This document shows, in pieces, positions 17,910-26,375 of a DNA stretch of 37,471 nucleotides (position 1 is its first letter; each line of letters starts with the position of its first letter). The notes under the pieces are model-generated. The model was not told the DNA's origin. It was given only the letters and a program-made list of their open reading frames with translations, and made no database searches. Source of the stretch: a bacterium (lineage in GTDB: Bacteria > Latescibacterota > UBA2968); NCBI GenBank assembly GCA_027296045.1, contig JAPUJS010000154.1:1-37471 (forward strand). Reading direction: 5' to 3'. The position numbers and the translations under genes were made by a program.

Positions 17910-18710
17910 ATGGTACTGACCTCACAGCAAGTCCAACAGTTCCAAAGAGAAGGCTACACCGCCGTATCCAACCTTTTTCCCGATCGCGAAATTCAGGCGA
18001 TGCGGGCCGAACTAAACCGTTTTAAACGCGAAGGCCTGCTGCGCAACGTGGCCACCGACGGCGACGGAGAAACCCACTCCACCGCCCAGATCAACCTGCA
18101 GATCTGTCCGATTACACCCCAAAGCACGTTCTATCGCGCCTTTCATTTTCACCCCAAAGTCATCGAAGCCATATCCCAGTTGATCGGCACTCCATTTGTG
18201 TTCTACCTCGACCAGATCTTCCTCAAACCTGGCAAACAGGGAATGGGTACAAGCTGGCACCAGGACAATGCGTATTTCAAAGTAGACGACCCCACCAAAG
18301 GCACTGCCATGTGGGTTGCCCTGCACGATGCAACCCTGGAAAATGGCACTCTGCACGTGGTGCCCGGCAGTCACGCCGAAGCCTTCTCACACGGCAGAGA
18401 TCCCAACAGCGACCATCACATCCGCTGCCAGGTCCCCGAAGAACGGGCGGTCCCTATCGAACTCAAAGCTGGCGGGGCAGCCTTCTTTAACTTCGGCACC
18501 GCCCATTCCACCAAAGCCAATACAACCGACCGGGAACGAGCAGGCCTCGCCCTCCATTTTTTGCGCACCGATCATATTCCACCGGAAAGCAAGAACCGGA
18601 ACACTGCGCACCTTACCGGCCCGCTGGCCACGGGGGGGGGAAAAGAATATGGGACCCAGGTTGAAGGCACCTGGGAAGCCGAAGTCGACCGCCTGCTCGC
18701 AGGACCCTGA
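17910..18710 (+). CDS. Phytanoyl-CoA dioxygenase (PhyH) family Fe(II)/2-oxoglutarate oxygenase
   Basis: The ATG at 17910 gives MVLTSQQVQQFQREGY, a typical PhyH N-terminus. WHQD contains the His-x-Asp iron motif, followed by GTLHVVPGSH and a distal His (GTAHST). Confidence 0.8.
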   Translation: MVLTSQQVQQFQREGYTAVSNLFPDREIQAMRAELNRFKREGLLRNVATDGDGETHSTAQINLQICPITPQSTFYRAFHFHPKVIEAISQLIGTPFVFYLDQIFLKPGKQGMGTSWHQDNAYFKVDDPTKGTAMWVALHDATLENGTLHVVPGSHAEAFSHGRDPNSDHHIRCQVPEERAVPIELKAGGAAFFNFGTAHSTKANTTDRERAGLALHFLRTDHIPPESKNRNTAHLTGPLATGGGKEYGTQVEGTWEAEVDRLLAGP

Positions 18711-18795
18711 AAACCCCTCAACAAAACGCCTCCTCTTGCCGATCATAACTCTGTAAACCACAAACGACCATCCCAAGCAAAAAAAAGAAATTACC

Positions 18796-20169
18796 TTGAG
18801 CGCCACATTCTTACCCATAGGCACCACCGATGAAATCGGAGATGCCTGTTATCTGCTCACCCTGAACGGCACCACACTGATGCTGGATGCCGGTGTGCAC
18901 CCCCAAAAAGAAGGCTGGAAAAGCATTCCCGAGTTTCATCTGGCCGAAGGGCGAGATATCGACGCCATTCTCATCTCGCATTGCCACCTGGATCACCTTG
19001 GCGCCCTCCCCATTGCCCTGGCCCATTTCCCGCACGCCAGTGTCCTGATGTCCGAAGCCTCCGCCGTTCTGGCCCCCGTCATGCTCCATCACACCGCAAG
19101 CGTGATGCACCGTCGCCAGGCCGACGGGGCCTCCGAGGCACCCCTGTATACCCACGACCAGATCGACCTGATCGACTATGTCTTCCAGGGCATGAAACCC
19201 CATCAACCCTTCCCCGTTTTCAACCTGGACAAATGGGACAACGATCTACAGGCACAATTTTTTGACGCCGGACACATCCTGGGCGCCTCGGGCATCTGGA
19301 TCCAGGGGCCTGAAACCACCGTTTTCTATACAGGCGACACGGCCTACCACGAACAGGAAATTCTCCCGGGTGCCAAATATCCTGAAGGCCTCGTAGATGT
19401 CTTGATTACCGAATCCACACTGGGCGCCGATCCCAGTGCCGAAAACAACAGACGCAAAGATGTGGTACAGCACTTTGCCCGGTCGATTACCGAAGTCGTC
19501 CAGCGAGATGGAAATGTCCTGATTCCCGCCTTCTCCCTGGGACGAACCCAGGAAATGCTCGCAACCCTCCACCGACTTCGAAACGAAGATCAGATCCCCG
19601 ATGTGGATATCTACACCGCCGGCTTTGGAGACGTCGTATCCAACCTCTACGACCGGACCGTCAAATATACCCGACGACGAGATCCCGATCTGCGATTGAA
19701 AAATCTGGACATCCTGTCCCTGCCTCCTGGCGACGTGCGAAGGGGAGCCCATTTGAGCCGCCCCAGCATCATCCTGGTCTCCTCGGGCATGATGACGGAA
19801 GGCACCATGTCTTACCGCCTGGCAGAGGTGATGCTGCCAGACCCCCGTCACGGCATCTTTTTTGTCGGTTATGTCGATCCGGATATGCCGGGCTATCAAA
19901 TCCTGGCACACAAAAATGAAGAAACCCTTCAACTGGTCCCGGAAGGGCCGGATATCCCGGTCGAATGCACCGTCCAGAGATTCCACTTTTCGGCCCATTC
20001 ACACCGCCGTCACCTCCTGCATCTGGTGGATCGCCTGAGCCCCCGCCAGGTCATCCTGATCCACGGCGAACGGGGCGCTGAAGGCTGGTTGCGGGAATCC
20101 ATCCAAAACCAGCACCCTGAAATCGACGTCGTCATTGGCGAAAAAGGTCGGGAAATCTCAATCGGCTAA
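18796..20169 (+). CDS. MBL-fold beta-CASP family metallo-hydrolase (putative ribonuclease)
   Basis: HCHLDHLGALP (the HxHxDH motif), DAGHILGAS, and the C-terminal FHFSAHSHRRHLLHLVDRLSPRQVILIHGE, typical of beta-CASP/RMMBL proteins. TTG start as in the ORF track. Confidence 0.85.
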   Translation: MSATFLPIGTTDEIGDACYLLTLNGTTLMLDAGVHPQKEGWKSIPEFHLAEGRDIDAILISHCHLDHLGALPIALAHFPHASVLMSEASAVLAPVMLHHTASVMHRRQADGASEAPLYTHDQIDLIDYVFQGMKPHQPFPVFNLDKWDNDLQAQFFDAGHILGASGIWIQGPETTVFYTGDTAYHEQEILPGAKYPEGLVDVLITESTLGADPSAENNRRKDVVQHFARSITEVVQRDGNVLIPAFSLGRTQEMLATLHRLRNEDQIPDVDIYTAGFGDVVSNLYDRTVKYTRRRDPDLRLKNLDILSLPPGDVRRGAHLSRPSIILVSSGMMTEGTMSYRLAEVMLPDPRHGIFFVGYVDPDMPGYQILAHKNEETLQLVPEGPDIPVECTVQRFHFSAHSHRRHLLHLVDRLSPRQVILIHGERGAEGWLRESIQNQHPEIDVVIGEKGREISIG

Positions 20170-20175
20170 TCCACA

Positions 20176-20207
20176 GAAAAAACCGGCAATCAGGTGGGTT
20201 GCCGGTC
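20176..20207 (-). terminator. Rho-independent terminator candidate ending the 23558-20246 operon
   Basis: Stem ACCGGCAA (20182-20189) / TTGCCGGT (20199-20206). On the - strand it is followed by TTTTTT (plus-strand A run 20177-20182). Confidence 0.6.
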
Positions 20208-20245
20208 CAAACGCATCGATTTAAAGCTGTCCGAGTTGGGTGCTC

Positions 20246-20536
20246 TTATTCCACAGTCACGCGCATTTTCTGAAACCGCTCCATCACCACAATATCCGCC
20301 CAGGAAATCCGCTTTTTCCCCCGCCCCTCTGTTGTCACAATCACTTCCTGATCGTCTACACGAATGAGGATGCCCCGCACCTTGGCCCCGTCTTTGGAGG
20401 AGATCTGAACCTGATCGCCCACCTTGAGCTGATTCGGGGATCGGATCACCTCGTAATAGGTGTACGAATACGGCCGATCACACCCTGCCTCAAAAACGCA
20501 CGCCATCATCAAAACCGCAAAAACCCATCGCATCAT
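20246..20536 (-). CDS. Small lipoprotein (96 aa), function unknown
   Basis: The ATG at 20536 overlaps the upstream TGA (ATGA), with GGGAGGG ~10 nt upstream. MMRWVFAVLMMACVFEAGC is a signal plus lipobox-like cysteine. The remainder looks like a small beta-rich domain. Confidence 0.6.
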   Translation of the reverse strand: MMRWVFAVLMMACVFEAGCDRPYSYTYYEVIRSPNQLKVGDQVQISSKDGAKVRGILIRVDDQEVIVTTEGRGKKRISWADIVVMERFQKMRVTVE

Positions 20537-21441
20537 GAAGATCTTCCCTCCCGTCGAATTTGTGCCGAATACACTGGCAACCGGGCAACCGGACGAAACT
20601 TTTGTTTGAACTGCCTCAATCCGGGAAGCCCCAGATCTCCGGCATCGTTCACCCACCGATAGTCTCCAAATGCCCGATAAACCTGCCATCTCAAATATTC
20701 AGATAATCCCAAAACGTCCGGATCGGTCTTGGCCACGAAAAAATTCGCCAGATCCTCCTGCATCCGCCCCCCCAGCGCGAAGGCCCGCACTTCTCCTTCC
20801 AGGTCTACACACCAGCCTTGCAAATCCTCCCGGTCCCACATGTCAAACCGATCCAGGGCCGCTTTTGTATATCCCCAGTCCAGCAAAAACGGATGCCGAC
20901 GCCCCTGCCGTTTGCGCCAGTGCTTCAAAAGCCGCTGGCAGGCCTCCAGGTCGCCAATGTCCAGACATCGAAACGTTGCCCGATAGGTTCTTTGAAATTT
21001 CCGAAGGCGCTTGCGCAGATCCCGATATCCACTGCCCAAAGCGGCAACCACCCTGGCGGGCTCATAAAGATATTCCCGTTCTTTTTCCTCAACCTGTCCC
21101 AATGACGGGGCGATCTGCCGGGCATCTTCCTCGTCCATCCATAAAATACGAAAAAGAGAGTCTTCATTTTTTTTCCCCAAAACCTCCCGAAAAGCCGAGA
21201 GAGCTTCGGTGGAGAATGGGAGGGGAGGCACCATTAAATCAATCCGTCCGTGCCGAATCACCAGGATAAAAAGCGCATTGGCCCATCGGGCCACCCGAAC
21301 CTCCCGTCCGGGCGGCAAACTGAAGCAATGCATAAAAGGCGCATAATAACACCACGCACGCTTGCCCCGAAATGCCGCTTTTAACATGGTGCTGTGCTCG
21401 GGGCCGATGGGCTCGGAGTCAAAGGGCAAATCAACGTCCAT
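20533..21441 (-). CDS. Stand-alone DUF2156 protein (MprF C-terminal aminoacyl-phosphatidylglycerol synthase-like, GNAT-like fold)
   Basis: The ATG at 21441 has GGAGG 4-5 nt upstream. The segments EREYLYEP...LGSGYRDLRKRLRKFQRTY...L and DAGDLGLPGLRQFKQKFRPVARLPVY match the DUF2156 pattern as I remember it (dYiY...L.G.+y+.kRn.in.F...y ; ...eGLr.fK.sf.P). Confidence 0.7.
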   Translation of the reverse strand: MDVDLPFDSEPIGPEHSTMLKAAFRGKRAWCYYAPFMHCFSLPPGREVRVARWANALFILVIRHGRIDLMVPPLPFSTEALSAFREVLGKKNEDSLFRILWMDEEDARQIAPSLGQVEEKEREYLYEPARVVAALGSGYRDLRKRLRKFQRTYRATFRCLDIGDLEACQRLLKHWRKRQGRRHPFLLDWGYTKAALDRFDMWDREDLQGWCVDLEGEVRAFALGGRMQEDLANFFVAKTDPDVLGLSEYLRWQVYRAFGDYRWVNDAGDLGLPGLRQFKQKFRPVARLPVYSAQIRREGRSS

Positions 21442-22486
21442 CACGCCTCCGGGACCGCTTGAGATCGGCGGTGTACAGATCGCCCGTATAGGTCCCCACA
21501 ATCGCCGGCTTGGGTGCCGATGTGGTGACAGTCCGGATCATCTGGCTGACGCCCCCTAGGACTTGAGCCCCCACATAGGCATTGAAGTTCGGCAGCATTT
21601 CCAACGGTGCCAGCCCCATGTCGGTTAGCGACCGGATTGCCTCGGCCGTTTCGGTCGGTGTGCGTCGGCCAAAACAAATAAAGCCTTGTTTGCCAACCTC
21701 TTCTCTAAGCCCTGTGATCCCTCGGGAGACAAAGAGGTTCAATCCTTCAAGTGTGTAGGGCGGATCGGTCAAAAAAACGTCAAACTGTTCGACCCATTCA
21801 GCAGGCACCTCTTCCCGAAGATCGTGTGCAACCACTTCCAGGCCGTGTCCCATTTCTTTGCCAAGCCGTTTGAGAAAATCTACCAGACGCCGGTCAAACT
21901 CCAGCACGACCAGACGCCTCGTACGAAATTCCAAATAGTTGGCCAACAGCCCCACCGCAAGGGACGTCAAATCGTCGTCTCCCAAAATCAACACGTCCCG
22001 GCCTTCCAACGCGTCGTGTTCATAGAGATATACCGCACGTCGCAATGCAGTCTCCGGCGTTGCATGCGACTGATCCAGCCGAACCTCCACCTTGGGTCTC
22101 CGATCACAAATCAGGGCCATCTGCCCACACAGATCTTTCAAATCTTCGGGCAAGTCTGGGAAATTCGGGCGGAGAAACTGCCGTCGGCTTGACAGGCCCA
22201 GAGTCTCGCTCACCAGGCGTTCGCCGTCTTCGCTAAGTGCAACGCCCCCTCGCCGCGTGAGCATCCCCAGTTTTTCCAGTTCCCCTCTCACCGCCGCCAC
22301 CACCGGCACGGGCAACCCAACCTGCTGGGCAAGGGACCGAATCGGAAGCGACCCTTCCAGAAAAACGGTTCTCAAAATGAGGCGCACCCCTTCAGGCCCT
22401 TCTGCCAGACGAGCACCCGTGGCCACCTCGTCCAGAATCGGCCGAACCAGTTTAGGAGGTTTCCGTCTCAGTCTCAGTTTCGCCAT
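21431..22486 (-). CDS. BpsA-like (DUF43) aminopropyl/methyl-transferase-fold protein with a winged-helix-like N-terminal domain
   Basis: ILGDDDLTSLAV and VFLTDPPYTLEG are the hallmark DUF43 / N4-bis(aminopropyl)spermidine synthase motifs. The N-terminus (LPIRSLAQQVGLPVPVVAAVRGELEKLGMLTRRGG) looks like a wHTH. The start is taken at ATG 22486 (MAKLRLRRKPPK), with AGGAAG just upstream. Confidence 0.7.
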   Translation of the reverse strand: MAKLRLRRKPPKLVRPILDEVATGARLAEGPEGVRLILRTVFLEGSLPIRSLAQQVGLPVPVVAAVRGELEKLGMLTRRGGVALSEDGERLVSETLGLSSRRQFLRPNFPDLPEDLKDLCGQMALICDRRPKVEVRLDQSHATPETALRRAVYLYEHDALEGRDVLILGDDDLTSLAVGLLANYLEFRTRRLVVLEFDRRLVDFLKRLGKEMGHGLEVVAHDLREEVPAEWVEQFDVFLTDPPYTLEGLNLFVSRGITGLREEVGKQGFICFGRRTPTETAEAIRSLTDMGLAPLEMLPNFNAYVGAQVLGGVSQMIRTVTTSAPKPAIVGTYTGDLYTADLKRSRRRDGR

Positions 22487-23558
22487 ATGCTTCCTGTTTG
22501 TGTCCCAGATCGCCCGGCGTCTGCCTGTCCAGGAGATTATCGCCATCTTTGCGATATCGCAAAATCACATAGATCAAACTGATCCCCGAAGCATAGACCG
22601 CTTGCCAGTATGCAAGCAAGATGCCCGAAATGCCCACCAGCATCAAACCCAAAATACGGCCGGCCCAGATTTCCGACCAGGTCAAACTTCCAGGCACGGG
22701 TAAGTTTCCGATAATCGCATCCCATCCCTTGGGTTTATAAAACAGATACTTACCTGCCAGATCGAACAGATCGGCCAGTTTGTCCCCCATAAACAGGCCA
22801 CAAGCCGCCGTAATCAACCAGAGCGCCCCCATGGTAAACGCCCCCAGAAGCACCACACCCACCCCGGCGATGACGTTCAACCAGACCGTATACAACACCA
22901 TCCGCCAGGGCTGGCTCCAGGCCAATGAAAAGGACTCGATCACCACTTCCAATGCGCCATCTCCGACCGACCCAACCACCGCCGGAGACATCAGGAGAGA
23001 CACGACAAAAACGACGGCCACAAAAACAGCCACCAGCGCCACAAAAAAGATCGGGATGAAAAACAACGCAAAAAAGACTTCTCCCACAACCGGAATCCAA
23101 TTACCGAGCCAGCCAATCAGAATGCCCCCGATAACAAATAAAAGGAATAGGATAAGCACTGCAACCGGACCAAGCAGAACTTCTGCCCAGTGCCTTTTGG
23201 CAAACCGCCAGGCATCTCCAGATGAAAAAAAGTCATCTCCCTGGATTTTCTGAAAGTTGATTTTGCAAATCATACTGGTGGAGATAAAAAAAACACACAG
23301 CGCGAAGATCATCCCCAGGCCGTGCAAACAGGTGCCCAACACCCCGAATTCTCCAAACACGGCACCGGGAAACAACCCATAGCGATGCCAGAGCTGGCTT
23401 AGCGTCGTACCATCCAACAAATGGGCAAGCCCCACCAAAATTGCGTACCCTGCATAGGCCACCACCAGACCCCGGAAGCCCACCCAGATCTTTTTTCCCG
23501 ACCAGCCAAGGCGAATGGATTGAAACAAATCGCGAATGTCAAAATACAGCGGTTTCAT
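22452..23558 (-). CDS. Polytopic inner-membrane protein (about 8-9 predicted TM segments), family unknown
   Basis: 368 aa with many long hydrophobic stretches (e.g. VAVLILFLLFVIGGILIGWL, FFIPIFFVALVAVFVAVVFVVSLL, NVIAGVGVVLLGAFTMGALWLITAACGLF). It ends in an acidic tail, ...GETETETETS. GGAGG lies 7 nt upstream of the ATG. Confidence 0.75.
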   Translation of the reverse strand: MKPLYFDIRDLFQSIRLGWSGKKIWVGFRGLVVAYAGYAILVGLAHLLDGTTLSQLWHRYGLFPGAVFGEFGVLGTCLHGLGMIFALCVFFISTSMICKINFQKIQGDDFFSSGDAWRFAKRHWAEVLLGPVAVLILFLLFVIGGILIGWLGNWIPVVGEVFFALFFIPIFFVALVAVFVAVVFVVSLLMSPAVVGSVGDGALEVVIESFSLAWSQPWRMVLYTVWLNVIAGVGVVLLGAFTMGALWLITAACGLFMGDKLADLFDLAGKYLFYKPKGWDAIIGNLPVPGSLTWSEIWAGRILGLMLVGISGILLAYWQAVYASGISLIYVILRYRKDGDNLLDRQTPGDLGHKQEAYGETETETETS

Positions 23559-23627
23559 GATCTGCCTCCAGGCGAATAACAGTCTTTGCTAAAACCATTC
23601 ACAGATTTAGAAAAATTAGAACGTTAC

Positions 23628-23663
23628 GCCGATTATCATGCATAATCAGGCGATGAAAGTCAA
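23628..23663 (-). promoter_or_regulatory. Weak promoter candidate with an operator-like inverted repeat upstream of the 4-gene operon
   Basis: The - strand reads TTGACT (23663-23658) followed 18-20 nt later by ATGATAAT, so the spacing is suboptimal. The inverted repeat GATTAT-N5-ATAATC (23631-23647) overlaps the -10 region. Confidence 0.3.
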
Positions 23664-23672
23664 GAATTAAGC

Positions 23673-23720
23673 AAAAAAAAACCGCTGCCCGAGTTGGGCA
23701 GCGGTTGCAAAAAAAATAAA
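23673..23720 (-). terminator. Strong (bidirectional) rho-independent terminator after the 183-aa gene
   Basis: A perfect 11-bp stem AACCGCTGCCC (23680-23690) / GGGCAGCGGTT (23696-23706) is flanked by an A9 run and A/T-rich runs. On the - strand it reads hairpin followed by TTTTTTTTT. Confidence 0.85.
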
Positions 23721-23725
23721 ATCCG

Positions 23726-24277
23726 TCAATCTTGACCTTCGGGTTTCAACACCTGGTGAACCTGGCCGATAAAATTCTGAAGCGGCACCTGCAAAACCTG
23801 GCCTGGTACCGGTTTGCTTCGAATCGTCTGTGGAATGGGTGTCACACCCGGGTGCATTCGCACATGTTTGGCCCCATCTTCCCCTTCCTGCACCCCATAA
23901 CACCCCTGTCCAAGCCCCATCGGCCAGGGAGAACCCTGAGCGTCGGGTTCGGAAAGAAACACCACCATCTCCTGTCCAGCGACAAACCGGGGCACGCCGT
24001 GAACCACCAGACGATTTTCGCCAACCTTTCCCCCTGGAAGGGTCAACACAATTTCTGTCTCCACCTCGCCTTTAATCGGCTGTAAGACCTTTAACCGGGT
24101 CCGGGTAAAGATGCCGTCTTGCGCCTGAAAACTTTCGCTCGTTTCACACCGGACATAAGCAATGGTTTTGGCCTGTTGGCAAAGCGTATCAAATGGAAAG
24201 GTCACGACCGTCGTGGCTTCGACTTGAAAACCGATCAGGACAAGCGCCCATCCCAAAATAACAATGTGTCTGAACAT
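23726..24277 (-). CDS. Secreted hypothetical protein (183 aa)
   Basis: Signal peptide MFRHIVILGWALVLIGFQVEA. No recognisable domain. Immediately downstream of the FliL-like gene on the same strand. Confidence 0.6.
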   Translation of the reverse strand: MFRHIVILGWALVLIGFQVEATTVVTFPFDTLCQQAKTIAYVRCETSESFQAQDGIFTRTRLKVLQPIKGEVETEIVLTLPGGKVGENRLVVHGVPRFVAGQEMVVFLSEPDAQGSPWPMGLGQGCYGVQEGEDGAKHVRMHPGVTPIPQTIRSKPVPGQVLQVPLQNFIGQVHQVLKPEGQD

Positions 24278-24355
24278 GACCTGCTCACTCTCTTTCAGAA
24301 GATTGGCAGATTCTCCATATCTGTTTCTTCCACGCCCTACGCGCCCAAAGGTTCC

Positions 24356-24913
24356 TCACTGGAGCACAAAACTCGGGAAATAAATTTCTACAATGGCATT
24401 TTCGCCCAGAAATTCATTCAGGCGCTCTCTAATCTCTTCCTTTAGCGTCGGATGATTGATCGGATCCAGTTGTGGGATGGTCTTGCTCGACAAGATTCCG
24501 ACCAGTGTATCGTTTATTTTGGGAATCAAATTGTTGTTTTCAATAAAAAGAGACACCTCCGACCCCGAAATCCCAAAATCCACCTTCGCACTCAAAAAAC
24601 GCAACCCTTCCGGGCCGGCCGGATTCACCACAATGATATCCAACTGTTGGAATACTTCAGTCACACGTGGCAGCGGCGGTTGTCCGACCATAGCTTCTTT
24701 GGTCACCTCCACCGGCACGTCCTCTTCCACCATTTCTTCCCCTTCCTCCGATGGCGAAAAAAGCAGTGTCACCAACACATATCCGATAATCACCTGAACA
24801 ACCAGTACGCCCCCAATCAGCGGTAGATATTTTAAAAGCGGACTGCCACCACCTTCCCCTTCTTCTTCTTCGCCCAGTTCATCCATCGACTCAAGTAGCT
24901 CTTCATCGGCCAT
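24356..24913 (-). CDS. FliL-like (flagellar basal-body-associated protein family) single-pass membrane protein
   Basis: An acidic N-terminus and one TM segment (LPLIGGVLVVQVIIGYVLVTLLF), then VFQQLDIIVVNPAG..GLRFLSAKVDFGIS......IPKINDTLVGILSSKT..QL......LKEEIRERLNEFLGENAIVEIYFPSFVLQ. This follows the FliL pattern (f.vNl....ryl.v.i.l....l....p.ird.i...ls.k....l....lk.ei...ln..l....v..v.ft.fviQ). Confidence 0.6.
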   Translation of the reverse strand: MADEELLESMDELGEEEEGEGGGSPLLKYLPLIGGVLVVQVIIGYVLVTLLFSPSEEGEEMVEEDVPVEVTKEAMVGQPPLPRVTEVFQQLDIIVVNPAGPEGLRFLSAKVDFGISGSEVSLFIENNNLIPKINDTLVGILSSKTIPQLDPINHPTLKEEIRERLNEFLGENAIVEIYFPSFVLQ

Positions 24914-25037
24914 GGCCAGACTCCAGGTTTAAGAACGGTTCACAAGATGGATACAAATCGGATGCCATCAGAGGTCATCCCTGAGTTCCAGCTTCTGTCA
25001 TTTTTCTGCTATATATATCGACCGGACACCCCAAAAC

Positions 25038-26372
25038 TCAATCGCCCTTTGAAATACCCAGATTTCGAAATGTCACCTTCGCCAGTTCCAATGCCGCTTC
25101 CCGATCGCTCACCCGCCCTTCCAGTTGCGCGTCTTCGATGGCTGTCAACACCGTCTTAAAAACAGGTCCCGGCACATATCCCATTCGAATTAAATCGTGG
25201 CCGGTCACAAACGGCTCGGGGCGAATCGCTTCGGGCGCCAGCGTTTCCCACATGTGTTTGCAAAACGTGTAATTACCCAGACTACTATGACAGGACAGGC
25301 AATCCACACGATGCAATTCTAGGTGATCCTCGAATCGGTCCGTGCGCAAAAACCGCTTGAGCCGACTTTGACGCATCTGTTTGGCGTGCATAAACAGATG
25401 GTGATCTTTGACCAGACGCACAATATGCTCTATCTGTGCGTTTGAAAACCGCAGCCGTGCACAGAGGCTCTCTGCAATCTGTGATCCAACCTGGGGATGC
25501 TGGTGAAAACGAATCCGATCAGCCACCCGAAACGTGGGGGCTTTGCCCACATCGTGCAACAAAATCCCCATCGCCAGCTCAGGGCTTGGTTTTTCCATCA
25601 GGCCCAGCATCATCAATGTATGGGTCAGCACATCGCCTTCCGGGTGAAACAGCATCGGCTGCGGCACCCCAATCATCGCGGTTACTTCGGGCATCACCTG
25701 CCTCATCAAGCCCAGATTGATCAACCACCGAATGCCCTGGGGCGCCCCTCCCTCCGTCAAAATCTTGATGCATTCGTCCCGCACCCGTTCTTGACTGACC
25801 GACCCGATCTTCCCCCCCAGTCTGCCGATTGCACCATAGGTCTCTTTGTCGATGGACCACAAAAATCGGCATCCAAACCGAACCGCCCGCAGCATCCGTA
25901 ACCGGTCTTCGGAAAACCGGTCTTCGGGCCGCCCGATGGTACGAATCACCCCTTTCGATAAATCCGCCTGCCCGCCCACATAGTCCAACACCCGATCCTG
26001 AACCGGATCGTAAAACAGGCCATTCACCGTAAAGTCCCGGCGGTTGGCATCTTCCCGTTCATCCACAAAGACCACCCGATCGGGATGCCGACCGTCCGAA
26101 GACCCAAGATCTTTTCGAAACCGGGCCACTTCATAATTTTCCTCCCCCAACTTCACCACCACCACGCCAAAATGGGCACCCACTTCCCGGGCATTGGGAA
26201 AAAGCCGAATGACGGTTTCGAGATCCGCATTGGTCGCAATATCATAATCCGAAGCGGGAAGCCCCATTTGCATATCCCGGACACAACCGCCCGCCAAGAG
26301 GGCTCGGAACCCCTCGCGATGAAGTGTTTTCACAATCTCGATCGCGCCTTCGAATGCAAGATTTGCAACCAT
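25038..26372 (-). CDS. cca: CCA-adding tRNA nucleotidyltransferase / poly(A) polymerase family with HD domain
   Basis: GGCVRD and DYDIATNA belong to the nucleotidyltransferase head, RDFTVNGLFYD follows, and the HD domain contains LLHDVGK. Confidence 0.85.
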   Translation of the reverse strand: MVANLAFEGAIEIVKTLHREGFRALLAGGCVRDMQMGLPASDYDIATNADLETVIRLFPNAREVGAHFGVVVVKLGEENYEVARFRKDLGSSDGRHPDRVVFVDEREDANRRDFTVNGLFYDPVQDRVLDYVGGQADLSKGVIRTIGRPEDRFSEDRLRMLRAVRFGCRFLWSIDKETYGAIGRLGGKIGSVSQERVRDECIKILTEGGAPQGIRWLINLGLMRQVMPEVTAMIGVPQPMLFHPEGDVLTHTLMMLGLMEKPSPELAMGILLHDVGKAPTFRVADRIRFHQHPQVGSQIAESLCARLRFSNAQIEHIVRLVKDHHLFMHAKQMRQSRLKRFLRTDRFEDHLELHRVDCLSCHSSLGNYTFCKHMWETLAPEAIRPEPFVTGHDLIRMGYVPGPVFKTVLTAIEDAQLEGRVSDREAALELAKVTFRNLGISKGD

Positions 26373-26375
26373 AAG

